In this document: piece by piece, positions 63,905-64,000 of the stretch
Layout of the letters: the number at the start of each line of letters is the position of its first letter
Numbering within the stretch: position 1 is the stretch's first letter
NCBI GenBank assembly: GCA_016432405.1
Contig: CP066687.1
Coordinates: 42,456-106,455 of the forward strand
Origin: Candidatus Giovannonibacteria bacterium
GTDB lineage: Bacteria > Patescibacteriota > Minisyncoccia > UBA11713 > 2-01-FULL-45-33
Length of the DNA: 64,000 nucleotides
Direction: 5' to 3'
Made by a program: the position numbers and the translations under genes
Notes under the pieces: model-generated
Told to the model about the DNA's origin: nothing
The model's input: the letters and a program-made list of their open reading frames with translations, nothing else
Databases searched by the model: none

Positions 63905-64000
63905 TAATCGGCTATACTTAAAAATTATGGCTTATAATATTCCCAAAGAAGTTCGCGCGGCGCTTGCTATTTTAGAAGGAGCGGGTTTTGAGGCGTATCT

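Overview
This window looks like chromosome from a small, AT-biased genome carrying the replication-origin neighbourhood. The gene content is consistent with an uncultivated CPR/Patescibacteria-like bacterium; that assignment is an inference from gene content. All calls were made by eye from the sequence and the supplied ORF translations, with no database searches.

Main contents:
- **Origin region:** dnaA and dnaN on the minus strand, an AT-rich gap with DnaA-box-like 9-mers, then rpmH, rnpA, yidC and jag on the plus strand.
- **Housekeeping genes:** mutM, ruvA, ruvB, ruvC, uvrB, a UvrD/PcrA-like helicase, holA, rpsT, rpsO, pnp, tyrS, rsmA, tsaE, a YebC-family regulator, a YifB/ComM-family ATPase, a XerC/D-like recombinase, a class A PBP, a Mur ligase, a LysM/M23 peptidase and a peroxiredoxin.
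- **tRNAs:** three genes, Pro(GGG), Arg(CCG) and Arg(UCG).
- **Signalling cluster:** a sensor histidine kinase, a tandem-receiver response regulator and three substrate-binding-protein genes.
- **Pilus ATPase:** a GspE/PilB-family secretion ATPase.

The most notable feature is a complete diversity-generating retroelement (DGR) at about 4.1-6.6 kb, made of four parts:
- a reverse transcriptase with the DGR-specific LGxxxSQ motif;
- an Avd-like four-helix-bundle accessory gene;
- a 126-bp template repeat (TR);
- a variable repeat (VR) at the 3' end of a GC-rich 211-aa target gene.

All 16 TR/VR mismatches fall at adenines of the coding strand.

Other notable features:
- **T4SS-like cluster:** a roughly 12-kb minus-strand cluster (37.7-50.0 kb) encoding a type IV secretion/conjugation-like apparatus. 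It includes a VirB4 ATPase, a VirB6-like giant membrane protein, and a VirB2-like pilin fused to an HExxH domain.
- **In-frame palindromic repeats:** two families of short GC-capped palindromic elements inserted in frame into conserved genes. One pair sits in mutM and rsmA, the other in pnp and xerC. They resemble Rickettsia palindromic elements.
- **Nucleotidyltransferase insertion:** a gene inserted into the start of a beta-propeller gene, flanked by a duplicated 35-bp copy of that gene's 5' end.
- **Shared palindromic motif:** a roughly 38-bp operator-like sequence upstream of both pnp and a dksA-like gene.
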